From a virus (lineage: Duplodnaviria > Caudoviricetes): a stretch of DNA of 63,240 nt. Positions 1 to 9,135 of this stretch are shown here, one piece after another. Within the stretch, counting starts at the first letter, position 1. Each line of letters starts with the position of its first letter. A program made the position numbers and the translations under genes. The notes under the pieces were generated by a model, which saw nothing but the letters and a program-made list of their open reading frames with translations, had not been told where the DNA came from and searched no databases. The stretch covers positions 1 to 63,240 of the IMG/VR virus record IMGVR_UViG_3300044580_000304; one strand, given 5' to 3'.

Positions 1-55
1 CCTTTCCCGCCAAACCATACTATTGGAGATCGCATACAAGCTCCTGTAATAACTC
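1..55. repeat. 55-bp terminal direct repeat (copy 1), indicating circular assembly
   Basis: 1-55 is identical to 63186-63240; 55 is a typical assembler k-mer overlap. Confidence 0.95.
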
Positions 56-59
56 TTTT

Positions 60-539
60 CTATTCGTTTTTATTATCATAATATCCACTATACTCTTTCA
101 CTCGTTTAATGTACCAGTTACTTCCACCATACCTCCTTACTCCATTAACACCTTGCCTATGAGCGGCAATGGCAAGATCTGAGCTTCCAAGCCTTTTTAG
201 GTTGTCTACGTATAAATATCCCGCAATTATAGCCGACTCTAAAGGATCAAAGGGATCGTATTCACCGTACTTTTTAGCACGTTCGGCATGATAGCTCTCA
301 TTCAATTGCATCCTTCCCTTACTTATTCCATCATCACCAATAGCGGTATCATCTTCTCCCGATTCTGTAATAGCTATTCCACGCAGGATATGAGATGGAG
401 CACCAGTAATTTCCTCCGCGATTTCATAAATTGTTTTATCCTTCTTTGGCAACGCGACTTTTTCATCTTGTGGTCTTGACGATGACAGCATCAAAACAGA
501 GAAGAGACAGCACGAAATGATAATAGTGATCACTTTCAT
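60..539 (-). CDS. Lytic transglycosylase (SLT-like) with N-terminal membrane anchor/signal
   Basis: Motifs IAITESG, GRMQL, AGYL and AIAAHRQG match the SLT layout; hydrophobic N-terminus. Confidence 0.75.
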   Translation of the reverse strand: MKVITIIISCCLFSVLMLSSSRPQDEKVALPKKDKTIYEIAEEITGAPSHILRGIAITESGEDDTAIGDDGISKGRMQLNESYHAERAKKYGEYDPFDPLESAIIAGYLYVDNLKRLGSSDLAIAAHRQGVNGVRRYGGSNWYIKRVKEYSGYYDNKNE

Positions 540-540
540 C

Positions 541-603
541 TGGGGCTAGGTGGAATTGGACCACCGCAGGAAAGGAGGTAGGACCTGCCCACATGGTAGC
601 CCC
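541..603 (-). ncRNA. tRNA-like RNA (acceptor stem plus T-arm, no D-arm) with an anti-SD loop
   Basis: GGGGCTA/TAGCCCC-A acceptor stem; GGTGG-TCCAATT-CCACC T-arm; GCAGG-TCCTACCTCCTTT-CCTGC stem-loop. Confidence 0.55.
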
Positions 604-670
604 AAGCGCTGCATCGCGCTTATTTAACCAGCGGCACTAAAGATGTGCGGTAGCCGCCAACCGCAATATG

Positions 671-851
671 CGCTTCGTAACTCTTGGTTTTCTTATTTAC
701 CATGGCTCGCTCAAGCATGTTGGTTTTCTCCCCTATGTTGACTCGCTCTCACATTATGGTTTTCTCATTTTTTTTGGCTCGCTCGCGTACACTGGTTTTC
801 TCGCCGAAGGTGGCTCGCTCTTTCCAAGTGGTTTTCTCACTAAACATGGCT
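671..851 (-). ncRNA. TIGR-like dual-repeat array, 5 x 36 nt
   Basis: Plus-strand TGGTTTTCT at 685, 721, 757, 793, 829 and TGGCT(CGCT)-type repeat at 703, 739, 775, 811, 847; exact 36-nt period with unique spacers; minus-strand unit AGCCA-N9-AGAAAACCA-N9-AGCG. Confidence 0.75.
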
Positions 852-894
852 TACACCTTTACCATTTCCACACGTATTTAATGTAGAGCCTTTT

Positions 895-1122
895 TCATGG
901 CTTCGCTCCTTTCGCGCAGAGCAAGGTATCATGTTTTTCGTGCGCGTCTTGCTCGATGCATCCTTTACCGTAGAGTGACTGCAAAGCCTTCTGCGCTTGA
1001 TGCATTGTGATTCCAAACACAAAGGCGACATCGGTCGAGCTAGGCATATGTCCCATTCTCTTTTTTTGCCTTATGCAGAAATTCAGCACGTCTTTTTCAT
1101 CCTCGGTCAGTTTTACCGCCAT
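895..1122 (-). CDS. LexA-N-like winged-helix DNA-binding protein
   Basis: LTEDEKDVLNFC...GHMPSSTDVAFVFGIT...LQSLYGKGCIE; start placed at ATG 1122 behind GAGGAG. Confidence 0.6.
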   Translation of the reverse strand: MAVKLTEDEKDVLNFCIRQKKRMGHMPSSTDVAFVFGITMHQAQKALQSLYGKGCIEQDAHEKHDTLLCAKGAKP

Positions 1123-1279
1123 GATTCTCCTCTCTTTCTTTTTGCCTTTCTCTTTGCCATTGACGCTCCTCCCATAAGTTTTCTTCATCGATTTCTCGCT
1201 GGTTTATTATCTCCTCGTCCTCCGCATCGTCGAAAAACCCTGGAGGAAAAGGCCTATCAGGCAAATCTCCGCCGATCAT
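1097..1279 (-). CDS. Small acidic hypothetical protein
   Basis: ORF with AAGGAGG RBS. Confidence 0.55.
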   Translation of the reverse strand: MIGGDLPDRPFPPGFFDDAEDEEIINQREIDEENLWEERQWQRERQKEREENHGGKTDRG

Positions 1280-1290
1280 CCCGAACCTCC

Positions 1291-1470
1291 TTACTTGATC
1301 TTCAATCCAGCCTTTATGGCTTCCAACCTACACGCCCTACATATTTTCGATCTGTCAGGCTCATCATCTGTTTCTTCATCATCGAGACGCCATGTTTTCC
1401 CACAGTACGCACGTGCAGGATGCGTTGATCGCAGAATGTGCCATATATCGCCTTCTTTCATGTAAGTCAT
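1291..1470 (-). CDS. Small Cys/His protein (59 aa, below the ORF-track cut-off)
   Basis: Hand translation MTYMKEGDIWHILRSTHPARAYCG...ICRACRLEAIKAGLKIK. Confidence 0.5.
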   Translation of the reverse strand: MTYMKEGDIWHILRSTHPARAYCGKTWRLDDEETDDEPDRSKICRACRLEAIKAGLKIK

Positions 1471-1689
1471 TCTCTGCTTCCTATTTTTCTCTCTAAGACT
1501 TTTAGTTTTTCAAAGTTTGCACTGCAAACTGGGCATTTTCTGCTTTGCTCCTGCTTCATTTTATTTCGTCCTCTCTTTTAACGCTCTCATCGTTTTGCTC
1601 ATGTGCAATGTTTAATAGCGCTGCAAGCGCAAAACCAAAAATAAACCCAATAAATCCAACAGCTGCATACAACATTGCCCGCTCCTTTG

Positions 1690-2427
1690 CTATTTCCTGC
1701 TTAATTTATTGCCTGCCTTTCTCCAGTCTTCGCCAGTGAATTTAATTAGCACACCATTCTCTGTAAGGCGCGACATAATGTCTTCAGAGATATAGTTCTC
1801 AAGGCAGCTGTCGCATCCATTTACTGGACAATCCTTACGTAAATGCTTATTGCTAATAATGATGGTCGGTAGCATTCTTGCATGACGCTTGTCGATTATG
1901 TATGATAGCCAGTTTGTCTCGGCATCGCTGCCCTTAGTACGACCAAGCTCATCGATCGCAAGTAGTGGCAGTCTTGCAAGCTCATCGACGACGTTAAGCT
2001 CATCCTCGTGCGCCCGCTGTGTGTAGGTCGCGCGAATCCTTGTCGCTATCTCGTACATCGAATAGATACGGCCCCCTAACAGTTTGACAGCCGCAACAGC
2101 AAGGTGCGTTTTCCCAGTGCCGTTTTTCCCGATCATAATAATCTGCTGGATTTCTCTTGATATAAGCTTGCGCACAAGTTCAACGGCTCTTTTTAGTTCT
2201 GGTGTATTGGCTACAAAGTTCTCCAGCGTCGCGTTATAAAACATCGGCTCAATGTTCATTGCAGCATATTTTGCCAGTTCGCCTTCTTTTCGCCTCTCCT
2301 CATCTTTTTGTTTCTCTTCGCTGTCTATTTCTTCTAGGCACTGTGGGCATTGTCGCATAATTGAGAGAGAACCAATTTTAAGCTCGTTATCATAAACAAC
2401 CCCATGCTTTTCACATCTTACCTGCAT
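1690..2427 (-). CDS. DnaC/IstB-like AAA+ helicase loader
   Basis: N-terminal CxxH...CxxC; Walker A GKNGTGKT; Walker B LLAIDELG; PTIIISN. Confidence 0.9.
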   Translation of the reverse strand: MQVRCEKHGVVYDNELKIGSLSIMRQCPQCLEEIDSEEKQKDEERRKEGELAKYAAMNIEPMFYNATLENFVANTPELKRAVELVRKLISREIQQIIMIGKNGTGKTHLAVAAVKLLGGRIYSMYEIATRIRATYTQRAHEDELNVVDELARLPLLAIDELGRTKGSDAETNWLSYIIDKRHARMLPTIIISNKHLRKDCPVNGCDSCLENYISEDIMSRLTENGVLIKFTGEDWRKAGNKLSRK

Positions 2428-2428
2428 G

Positions 2429-3391
2429 CTAGCCCTCCTGTATGTCCAAAAATTCAGTGCGAGAAAAAACTTTTGGAGGCGCTACTCCAGAATGTACGGA
2501 GATAGTCTTACGGTTCATCTGCGCGATAAGTGTCGGGAATTTTTCACGCAGTTTTTTGCCTGATATTATATTCGATGCCCAGAAACTGTCATTCTTCGCC
2601 CAGCGAATAACATGCTCTATTTCCTGCCAGTCTCTCCCATCGATCCTATGTAGCCTCTCAATGTCCTTTGCCCATGTTTCAATCCTCGCATCAGAGACGT
2701 TGAATTTTTGGTCGACTATTCCCTTGTGCAGACTGTAGAGTAAATTTGCGAGCATAAACTCTTGGGAGTTATGATCTATTTTTATGACAGCAGATTTTTT
2801 TTCATCCCCTTCTTCCATTCCCAATCCCTCTTCTTCTGTCTCTGTCTCTCTTTCTTTTTCTTGGTCATTTGTATCTTCACTAGAGAGATTTGGTAAAGAT
2901 TCAACTAAAGACTCCTTTTGCGTGGATGGCGCTGTTGTAGCGCCACTATTATTTAAATCAGAATCAGAATCAGAATCAGAATCAGAATAGTTCGACTCAT
3001 ATGCATAACCATCGATATGATATCTATATCCTATGGATACCATATAGGAGATGATATTTTTAGGTAATTCTTTAAGGATAGCGTCAATTCCATCTTTAAT
3101 TTTCGATCTTGTATCGGCCTTTTGGTGTTGTGGCCATGCTGGAAGAATTATGTATCCATTATAATAATAAGCCTTCTTATCTTTTTGGAATTTTTCTAAT
3201 ATCTCACTAACACGAGCTTCATCGAGGCCCACATCAAATACAATTCTTCGGATAGTTATTTTGTAAACCCCTGCAATATTGGTAAGGGTGTTTGTTAATA
3301 AATATAAATACATTAGCTTTTCATCGGGATTTAGTGTTTGTACCCACTCATCATCCCAAAAGCCAGTTGATATATACCTATTGGTCGCCAT
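2429..3391 (-). CDS. Phage replication initiator / replisome organiser
   Basis: N-terminal FWDDEWV...KLMYLYLLTN domain; C-terminal FWASNIISGKKLREKF (lambda O-like); lies upstream of the DnaC-like gene. Confidence 0.8.
   Translation of the reverse strand: MATNRYISTGFWDDEWVQTLNPDEKLMYLYLLTNTLTNIAGVYKITIRRIVFDVGLDEARVSEILEKFQKDKKAYYYNGYIILPAWPQHQKADTRSKIKDGIDAILKELPKNIISYMVSIGYRYHIDGYAYESNYSDSDSDSDSDLNNSGATTAPSTQKESLVESLPNLSSEDTNDQEKERETETEEEGLGMEEGDEKKSAVIKIDHNSQEFMLANLLYSLHKGIVDQKFNVSDARIETWAKDIERLHRIDGRDWQEIEHVIRWAKNDSFWASNIISGKKLREKFPTLIAQMNRKTISVHSGVAPPKVFSRTEFLDIQEG
2958..2987. repeat. (TCAGAA)5 tandem repeat inside the initiator gene (SDSDSD), possible origin region
   Basis: Direct reading of the sequence. 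Confidence 0.6.
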
Positions 3392-3392
3392 T

Positions 3393-4199
3393 TTATTTAG
3401 CCTTTTGTATAATTAAGAAATCTGCTACCAGTTTTTTTGCCCGTTCTACTCTGCCCTGAAGATGTGGATATTTCTGCAAGAACTCTTCCCAGCCTTTTTG
3501 ATGCTGTTCTCGATGCTCCTCGGGAGTTAGCGCAAGCCAATTGAAAGGCTTGTCGATGGCGAGTGGAGCGGCGCCTCTCGAGACAATATGTGCCTTTTCT
3601 AGTCGCCCTCCGATTCCTGACGCATCAGATACCTTGTGGTTCGCCCACCACTCGGCTTCTGACACTTCATCATCGTCTTCTCGGAAATCTAATGGATCTC
3701 TATCGAGTGTTCCTCGCCACTCATGCCATTGGTAAAACAGTTTACGGACGTCTGCTTGCTGATCTATAGTGAGATCGCAGTAATCAACGATGATATCGAA
3801 GCATGCTTGGATAAGCTTCGCTGCATGTACAACATCGCTCTCGGATATGTGTATAGGCCTTAATTTGTGTGCAAACCTAGTCGGCACCCTATCCGCGTAT
3901 TCCTCGAGGATATCCAGATAGAGATCATACTTTTCAGCCTGTGTCGGCTTTCGCCCGTTCATCGATTCAAAAATGATTGTGATCAGGGCCCAGAGCGTGT
4001 CGTTCTGTTTGTATGTTCTCTCGCGCTCGGGTAGGTGGATCGTGACTATCGGATAGACGTTGGAGCCAGTCTTTTCGCGTCTTTTTGCTATCGCCTCAAA
4101 GACTTTCACAAAGGCTTGCTCGTCCTCGTGGTTGGGACGTATCCACGCTACATGCTTTTCTTCGATCCAAACTGTCTTGCAGGGCCCTGTTACTTTCAC
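3393..4199 (-). CDS. NinB/Orf-like protein with C-terminal HNH-like nuclease
   Basis: RTYKQNDTLWAL (NinB-like); HIVSRGA...NWLALTPEEHREQH. Confidence 0.55.
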   Translation of the reverse strand: MKVTGPCKTVWIEEKHVAWIRPNHEDEQAFVKVFEAIAKRREKTGSNVYPIVTIHLPERERTYKQNDTLWALITIIFESMNGRKPTQAEKYDLYLDILEEYADRVPTRFAHKLRPIHISESDVVHAAKLIQACFDIIVDYCDLTIDQQADVRKLFYQWHEWRGTLDRDPLDFREDDDEVSEAEWWANHKVSDASGIGGRLEKAHIVSRGAAPLAIDKPFNWLALTPEEHREQHQKGWEEFLQKYPHLQGRVERAKKLVADFLIIQKAK

Positions 4200-4207
4200 G
4201 GTTTGCC

Positions 4208-5182
4208 TCAGAAAATATCAAGATCCTCTGGCACATCTGATGCTGTAGGCTCTGGTTCAATTCGAGCTGCCTCAACTTTCACTGTCGCTTGCGGTATTGG
4301 TTGAGACGGAGCCTTTATAGTAGTAGGCTGCGTTATTTGTTGCGGTTGAGATACCTTACCATAATCAATAGCGACCTCTTCACTATGATGAGCATCTTCG
4401 CTAATTCCGAGTGTATATTCCTCATTGCCGACGTCTATTTCCTCGCGCTCTGCTCTGGATACTGCTTCGAGAGCTTCGATGCTGATCGGGCAAAGCTTGA
4501 GTGTTTTGATAACGACTGTCTTCAGAGCCATCTCGTCGAAATTTTTGTCCCAGATTGACTCTTCTCCTGGCTTCGTTTTTTGATGCGCTTTGCTATAGCG
4601 ATCACGATGCTTCTCTGCTTCAGCCTTAGTCATTACCTCAAACTGCACACCGCCATTTTGCAATTCAACGATACAGTAGTATGCGATTGGCTCTCCACGA
4701 TCTTTCCTAATGTCAACCTTGTGCGTGATATGCCTATTCATCCCGAGCTCGACCTCGACATAATCGTTTGAATAAACGATTTCCGCACAGATTGTCTTAA
4801 TAGTCTGTGATCTCCGAGCCAGAACGATAAGTCCTTTATAGCCGAGCTGGAAATGACAGGTCATTACCTTCGTCGGCTGACCATTGATTAAGCGTGTCTC
4901 GTTGTAAGGGATGAGCCACGCCTGCCCGAGTAGCGATCCTACCTCGAGGCCATAGCGCGCAGCCTGCCCGAGTGCCATGACGATCGATCCGCGATCACAC
5001 GCCATAAGAGTAGGGTTATTACTGATCTCCATGGCAGCAGCGGCAATAAACCGCTCAACGTTGATTGTCCCTTTCGGCAACGCAGCCTCAAATGAGGCCT
5101 TGTTGCGCACAAGGAACTGCTTCAATGTCTCTTTTGGCGCTTGCATGGTTACGGCGCCTGCGTCCTGTCCATTTGATTTCAT
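4208..5182 (-). CDS. recT: RecT single-strand annealing protein
   Basis: GQAWLIPY, FQLGYKGLIVLARRS, W...FDEMALKTV. Confidence 0.92.
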   Translation of the reverse strand: MKSNGQDAGAVTMQAPKETLKQFLVRNKASFEAALPKGTINVERFIAAAAMEISNNPTLMACDRGSIVMALGQAARYGLEVGSLLGQAWLIPYNETRLINGQPTKVMTCHFQLGYKGLIVLARRSQTIKTICAEIVYSNDYVEVELGMNRHITHKVDIRKDRGEPIAYYCIVELQNGGVQFEVMTKAEAEKHRDRYSKAHQKTKPGEESIWDKNFDEMALKTVVIKTLKLCPISIEALEAVSRAEREEIDVGNEEYTLGISEDAHHSEEVAIDYGKVSQPQQITQPTTIKAPSQPIPQATVKVEAARIEPEPTASDVPEDLDIF

Positions 5183-5754
5183 ACTGTCCTCCTTTGGGCA
5201 AATTTCTCACGGATTATTTCCGCGATTTTATAAGTCATCTCGATATCGCACGCAGCGTCGTGATTGTTGACTGGCTCAATGCCATACATGCGTGCGAGCG
5301 TCTCGAGCTTCCGATTCTCTGGCTTCTCTGCTACTCCCAGCCATTCGAGCAACCTATGGTTGCGGTAAATGTCGAGCGGTACGCGTTCAAACCATGAGTA
5401 GAAATACTTGTCCCCACAATCAAGCCATAGCTGCTCTAGGAAGGACAAATCAAAATCAACGTTGTAGCCAGCAGGGATAAACTTATCCTGTCTGTCATAC
5501 TTGTCGACGAATTGCCCTAAAAACTTTTCTATCTCATTTTTAGCGACTATGGCTGATGGATAGGCAGCGAGCTGCTCGGGAGAAATCCCGTTTGTCTCCA
5601 TTGCCTGCGGGTCAATCTCTCTGCCAACTGGATTGATGCGATAATCCGCCCGAGTCACCTGTCCATCTATCTCGATAAGAAAGGCCACTTGGATAAGGCC
5701 GTTTTTTATGGGATCAAGCCCCGTAGCCTCTGTGTCAATCCATGCGAGCTTCAT
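5179..5754 (-). CDS. DEDD 3'-5' exonuclease (DnaQ-like)
   Basis: WIDTEATG, GYNVDFD, HDAACD; start placed at ATG 5754 (ATGA coupling). Confidence 0.88.
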   Translation of the reverse strand: MKLAWIDTEATGLDPIKNGLIQVAFLIEIDGQVTRADYRINPVGREIDPQAMETNGISPEQLAAYPSAIVAKNEIEKFLGQFVDKYDRQDKFIPAGYNVDFDLSFLEQLWLDCGDKYFYSWFERVPLDIYRNHRLLEWLGVAEKPENRKLETLARMYGIEPVNNHDAACDIEMTYKIAEIIREKFAQRRTV

Positions 5755-6998
5755 AGGGGCTCCTTCGCATGGACAACCTGGCCCTCTTCTAGCCAAATAA
5801 TCCCATCATCCGCTTTGTCATAACGATCGTCGACAATTTCTATAATGACCTGGACGTCGTGCTGTTCGGCGAATGCCTTTATCGCGGCCAGCGATGCGCT
5901 GTCAAATGACTCACCGCGTTTTATGTAGATAGTTTTAAGCTCGCCCGAATACGCGACCGCAAGCATGAGCGCTATCTTGAGGCTCTCAGAGGTCGACCAG
6001 TTCTCGCAGGACGAGCCCTTGTACTCAAGGCCAGTCTCGGTAATCTTGAGTCCTCTTATCGGTACGCGAGCGTTGTTCATCATTTCGCTTTTTTCCTGTC
6101 GCAGTCGCTCAACCTCAGCTTGCGCAGCCTCATATTCTTTCTCTTTTTGTTGCCTCAGTTTGAGCTGCTCTTGGTAGGCCTGATATCTCCTTGCTTTTTC
6201 GTTTTCTGCTTCTGCATTTGCAATTTTTCGATCTATCTCGTCGAAGCTCATAAGCGGTTGAGGCTTCGGAGGGATCTTAGCTTTCGCTTTGTCGATTACC
6301 ACTTTCCCTTGAGCGAGTGCAGACTCCATCTCATCGATAGATATCGCACCATTAAACTGCCCGCATACCTCTTGGATCAGAGAATCAAAAAAGGAGCTAT
6401 ATACCTGTTCTGCCTTCTTTTGTGCTTCATTGAAAGTCTGAATCTTTTGTCTTTCCGCGAGTAGTTCTGATATCGATACAGGCTCTGCAAATGGCACTTC
6501 TTGGGGAACACCTATCGCCTTAAGCTCGCGTCCTTTAATGAGCCTCTCTTGCTCTGCGGACGCGATCGCTGCATCGATACCGGTAAAATCAAGGCCCGAC
6601 ATGTTGACAATCATTGAGCGCTTTTCAGCAGGCGGAAGGGTCATGAAATACTCTGGATCGAGAAATTGACCAGAGATGGCGTCCAGGAATTCTTGTGGAC
6701 GTGCTATCTTTCCGCCATCCTTCTCGATGGCGAGCGCGGTCCTTCCATCGCTCTTGATCACTCGTCGAACGATGTAATCGTTGATGCGGCCTATAATGAC
6801 AGCTTCGGGAGAATCATGGTTGACTACGTTCTCAGGAATGTCTCTACTGCCTTTAAGCAAATATTTTATTGCATCAATGACTGTTGACTTCCCTGCGCCA
6901 TTCTGACCTCGTATCTGCACAAGGTTTTGGCCGTCAAAATCAAGCTCGGCGGCCATGATCTTTCGTAGGCCTTCTATGGACAGCCCTATGAGCTTCAT
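5751..6998 (-). CDS. SMC/RecN-like ATPase with coiled coil
   Basis: Walker A GQNGAGKS, long coiled coil, degenerate signature WSTSE. Confidence 0.8.
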   Translation of the reverse strand: MKLIGLSIEGLRKIMAAELDFDGQNLVQIRGQNGAGKSTVIDAIKYLLKGSRDIPENVVNHDSPEAVIIGRINDYIVRRVIKSDGRTALAIEKDGGKIARPQEFLDAISGQFLDPEYFMTLPPAEKRSMIVNMSGLDFTGIDAAIASAEQERLIKGRELKAIGVPQEVPFAEPVSISELLAERQKIQTFNEAQKKAEQVYSSFFDSLIQEVCGQFNGAISIDEMESALAQGKVVIDKAKAKIPPKPQPLMSFDEIDRKIANAEAENEKARRYQAYQEQLKLRQQKEKEYEAAQAEVERLRQEKSEMMNNARVPIRGLKITETGLEYKGSSCENWSTSESLKIALMLAVAYSGELKTIYIKRGESFDSASLAAIKAFAEQHDVQVIIEIVDDRYDKADDGIIWLEEGQVVHAKEPL

Positions 6999-8020
6999 GC
7001 TTTCCTCCTTTTGACCGTGAACCTACTCGTCTGGATTTCTTCGCAATATTTCTCGTATACGCCTGGATAATCTTTATTAAAGCGATCTTTATTGAATTGT
7101 TTTTTACTGAAGCGCAACCATGCAGCCTCGATGCTGCCAGCAACTCCAGCCTTTGCGTCGCCAATAGCAGCCTTATACTGCGCCTTAATGCGCTCTTTCT
7201 CAGCCGCAATTTGCGCCTCTTCTGCCGTGAGTTCGAGATAGCGCTCTCCCAGCGCTTCCATATCTGGTGGCAATGATTTCACAATGTCGGCTGAAAAAGG
7301 GTACAGAGTCTCAAGGTATTCATCCTCTCCTTCTGTCCCTGCGGGCGCAGGAAGCTCGCCCTTCTGTATAAAATCAGTCCAAAAGTTTCGTTCTGCATTG
7401 ATTAGTTTTGTCTGGAATTCAAGGTTAAGCGGGACAATCCTATACTCGATGCGGTTTACTATTAGAACCGCAACGATAGCCCATTGCATACCAAGGACTG
7501 TCATGTAGTGCGTCACCTGGCAGTAATACATATCGGGCACCGAGTCGTCTTCCCAACCCTTTTCTGACGAGGTTGCTTTGCATTCAAGCAGCCCCATCCC
7601 TTCAAGATGGATATTGTCTGGTGTGACAAAACCGCCTTCTGGCATTTTTACCACACCATCAATATTCGCGATCATCCATGGATATATCTTCGATCGATAC
7701 ATCCATGGCGAGGCGAACGTTTCTGGAGTAACACCTGTTTCTTCTGAAAATATAGAAGGGAACTCTCTACGGATGACTGGCTCCATTCGCCTGCCGTGTT
7801 TCATCGCGGCGGTTTCTGCTTTCGGTGGAGCCTTGCCCTGCTTATCAAGCGCAATCATGAAGGCGCTCGAATACGGGTTCATATTCATAACGGCGCCCGC
7901 ATCGCTGCCCCCAAGACCAGTACGACGTAACACAAGCCACTCGTCATGAGTGAGCTGTCGTGTGTCTGCGAGAGCCTCGAAAGTTTCTCCTTCCAGCTTG
8001 ATCGTTGGCTCAGCATCCAT
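6995..8020 (-). CDS. YqaJ/lambda-exonuclease family recombinase
   Basis: WLVLRRTGLGGSD, ANIDG, LECK, YYCQVTHYM. Confidence 0.92.
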   Translation of the reverse strand: MDAEPTIKLEGETFEALADTRQLTHDEWLVLRRTGLGGSDAGAVMNMNPYSSAFMIALDKQGKAPPKAETAAMKHGRRMEPVIRREFPSIFSEETGVTPETFASPWMYRSKIYPWMIANIDGVVKMPEGGFVTPDNIHLEGMGLLECKATSSEKGWEDDSVPDMYYCQVTHYMTVLGMQWAIVAVLIVNRIEYRIVPLNLEFQTKLINAERNFWTDFIQKGELPAPAGTEGEDEYLETLYPFSADIVKSLPPDMEALGERYLELTAEEAQIAAEKERIKAQYKAAIGDAKAGVAGSIEAAWLRFSKKQFNKDRFNKDYPGVYEKYCEEIQTSRFTVKRRKA

Positions 8021-8336
8021 AGCAGAGCTCCTCTATTCTGAGCCCGTACCATGTCAAAAAATCTTGAAAGCTCACCTTTTTGACTGTTGATGGATCGGCG
8101 CCATACGGAATAACCTGGGCGTCCATATTGCCGATCCATATGATTTTGTATTCGAATCCAACGCGCGCCCATACAAGTCGTGGGCCAACGAGATCATAGA
8201 GCTGAAGCGCCTCTTGCTGGCCTATCAGTCTTATTTTTCTGCTAGGGAATCTGCGTTGCCACGCGGCAGGAAGGCTTGCAAAATCGAAACATCGCCTATC
8301 CATTTTCTTGATCCATGCCACGATTTTTCTGATCAT
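8010..8336 (-). CDS. Hypothetical protein
   Basis: Start placed at ATG 8336 behind GGAGG. Confidence 0.55.
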   Translation of the reverse strand: MIRKIVAWIKKMDRRCFDFASLPAAWQRRFPSRKIRLIGQQEALQLYDLVGPRLVWARVGFEYKIIWIGNMDAQVIPYGADPSTVKKVSFQDFLTWYGLRIEELCYGC

Positions 8337-8424
8337 ACATTGCCTCCTTTTTGGCAAGCTAAGAAACCTTGCAGCTCCGGGCCGAAACACCGTGAACCGC
8401 AAGGAAACCGCTTTACAGCGGACT

Positions 8425-8637
8425 TTACACCTTAGGAACTTTCTCTTCTCGTCTAATCCGTAGACGCTCCTTTTTTGACATGTGGATCTTGCCATGCTTG
8501 AGATGAGCAGGGCGAATAAGAGAAATGCCAATGCCACAATTTGGGCAATGGCAGGAATAACGTCCTTTTGACCAGGAAATCTCTTTCCCATCGAGATTAA
8601 ATGTGTAATGGCAGGAGGGACACTGAAGTGGATTCAT
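8425..8637 (-). CDS. Zinc-ribbon protein
   Basis: CPSC...CPNC. Confidence 0.65.
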   Translation of the reverse strand: MNPLQCPSCHYTFNLDGKEISWSKGRYSCHCPNCGIGISLIRPAHLKHGKIHMSKKERLRIRREEKVPKV

Positions 8638-8969
8638 TTGACTGTCACTCCATGAATTTTTTGGCGCTTCTCTATCTGTCTTCGTTCATCCGCAGACAGA
8701 GAAGCCCAATCATGGGCATGTTGCCTTAACGGCACTACAACCCACTTTAGGAATGACTCTCGGCTGAAAGCCCGATGCTCGGGGTCGTCAAAGACCCCGA
8801 AATTCGGCAGTAGGTATCTCCTGCGATAGAAATAGCTGCGCTCGAATCCCCATGCGAGCGCGCAGTCTTCGATCGAGAACCACCATTTGTCATGATTCTT
8901 GCCGAGGGCATTGAAGAGCGCCTGCAGGGCCTCCGTTTCAATCTCGATTGTCATAGGATTTCTCTCCAA
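8634..8969 (-). CDS. Putative excisionase-like/DNA-binding protein
   Basis: Position just after the cro-like gene; WFSIEDCALAWG helix-turn-helix-like segment. Confidence 0.4.
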   Translation of the reverse strand: MERNPMTIEIETEALQALFNALGKNHDKWWFSIEDCALAWGFERSYFYRRRYLLPNFGVFDDPEHRAFSRESFLKWVVVPLRQHAHDWASLSADERRQIEKRQKIHGVTVK

Positions 8970-9135
8970 TTTCTTCTTTAATTGCTTTTAGAATTACGAT
9001 CCGAGCCCATGGGCCAGCTGAGCGGCCAGTGCTTTTTAAAAAGGCTCTGAAAGTCTGCACTTCGCTTTCACTAAAGGGAATTTTGAGATTTATCCACGAC
9101 GAGTTTGATTTTTGTTGCAATTTTGCCTTGCTCAT
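8938..9135 (-). CDS. Cro-position small regulator (possibly ribbon-helix-helix)
   Basis: First gene after the leftward promoter and divergent from the repressor; ATG 9135, near-leaderless. Confidence 0.55.
   Translation of the reverse strand: MSKAKLQQKSNSSWINLKIPFSESEVQTFRAFLKSTGRSAGPWARIVILKAIKEEIGEKSYDNRD

Noticed and set aside
1-55. Biological terminal repeat
   Set aside because: The length equals a common k-mer and it falls inside a gene remnant; most likely an assembly overlap
671-851. CRISPR array
   Set aside because: Repeats are about 9-10 nt, alternate between two types and flank 8-9-nt spacers; no cas genes are present
668-886. Plus-strand ORFs 668-886 and 684-881 with GFL/GSL periodicity
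   Set aside because: Conservation is at nucleotide level including third codon positions, there is no RBS, and they oppose the operon direction; better explained as shadows of the RNA array
3393-4199. TasH-like (HNH plus Nop) partner for the array
   Set aside because: The N-terminus looks NinB-like and no Nop-domain motifs are recognisable
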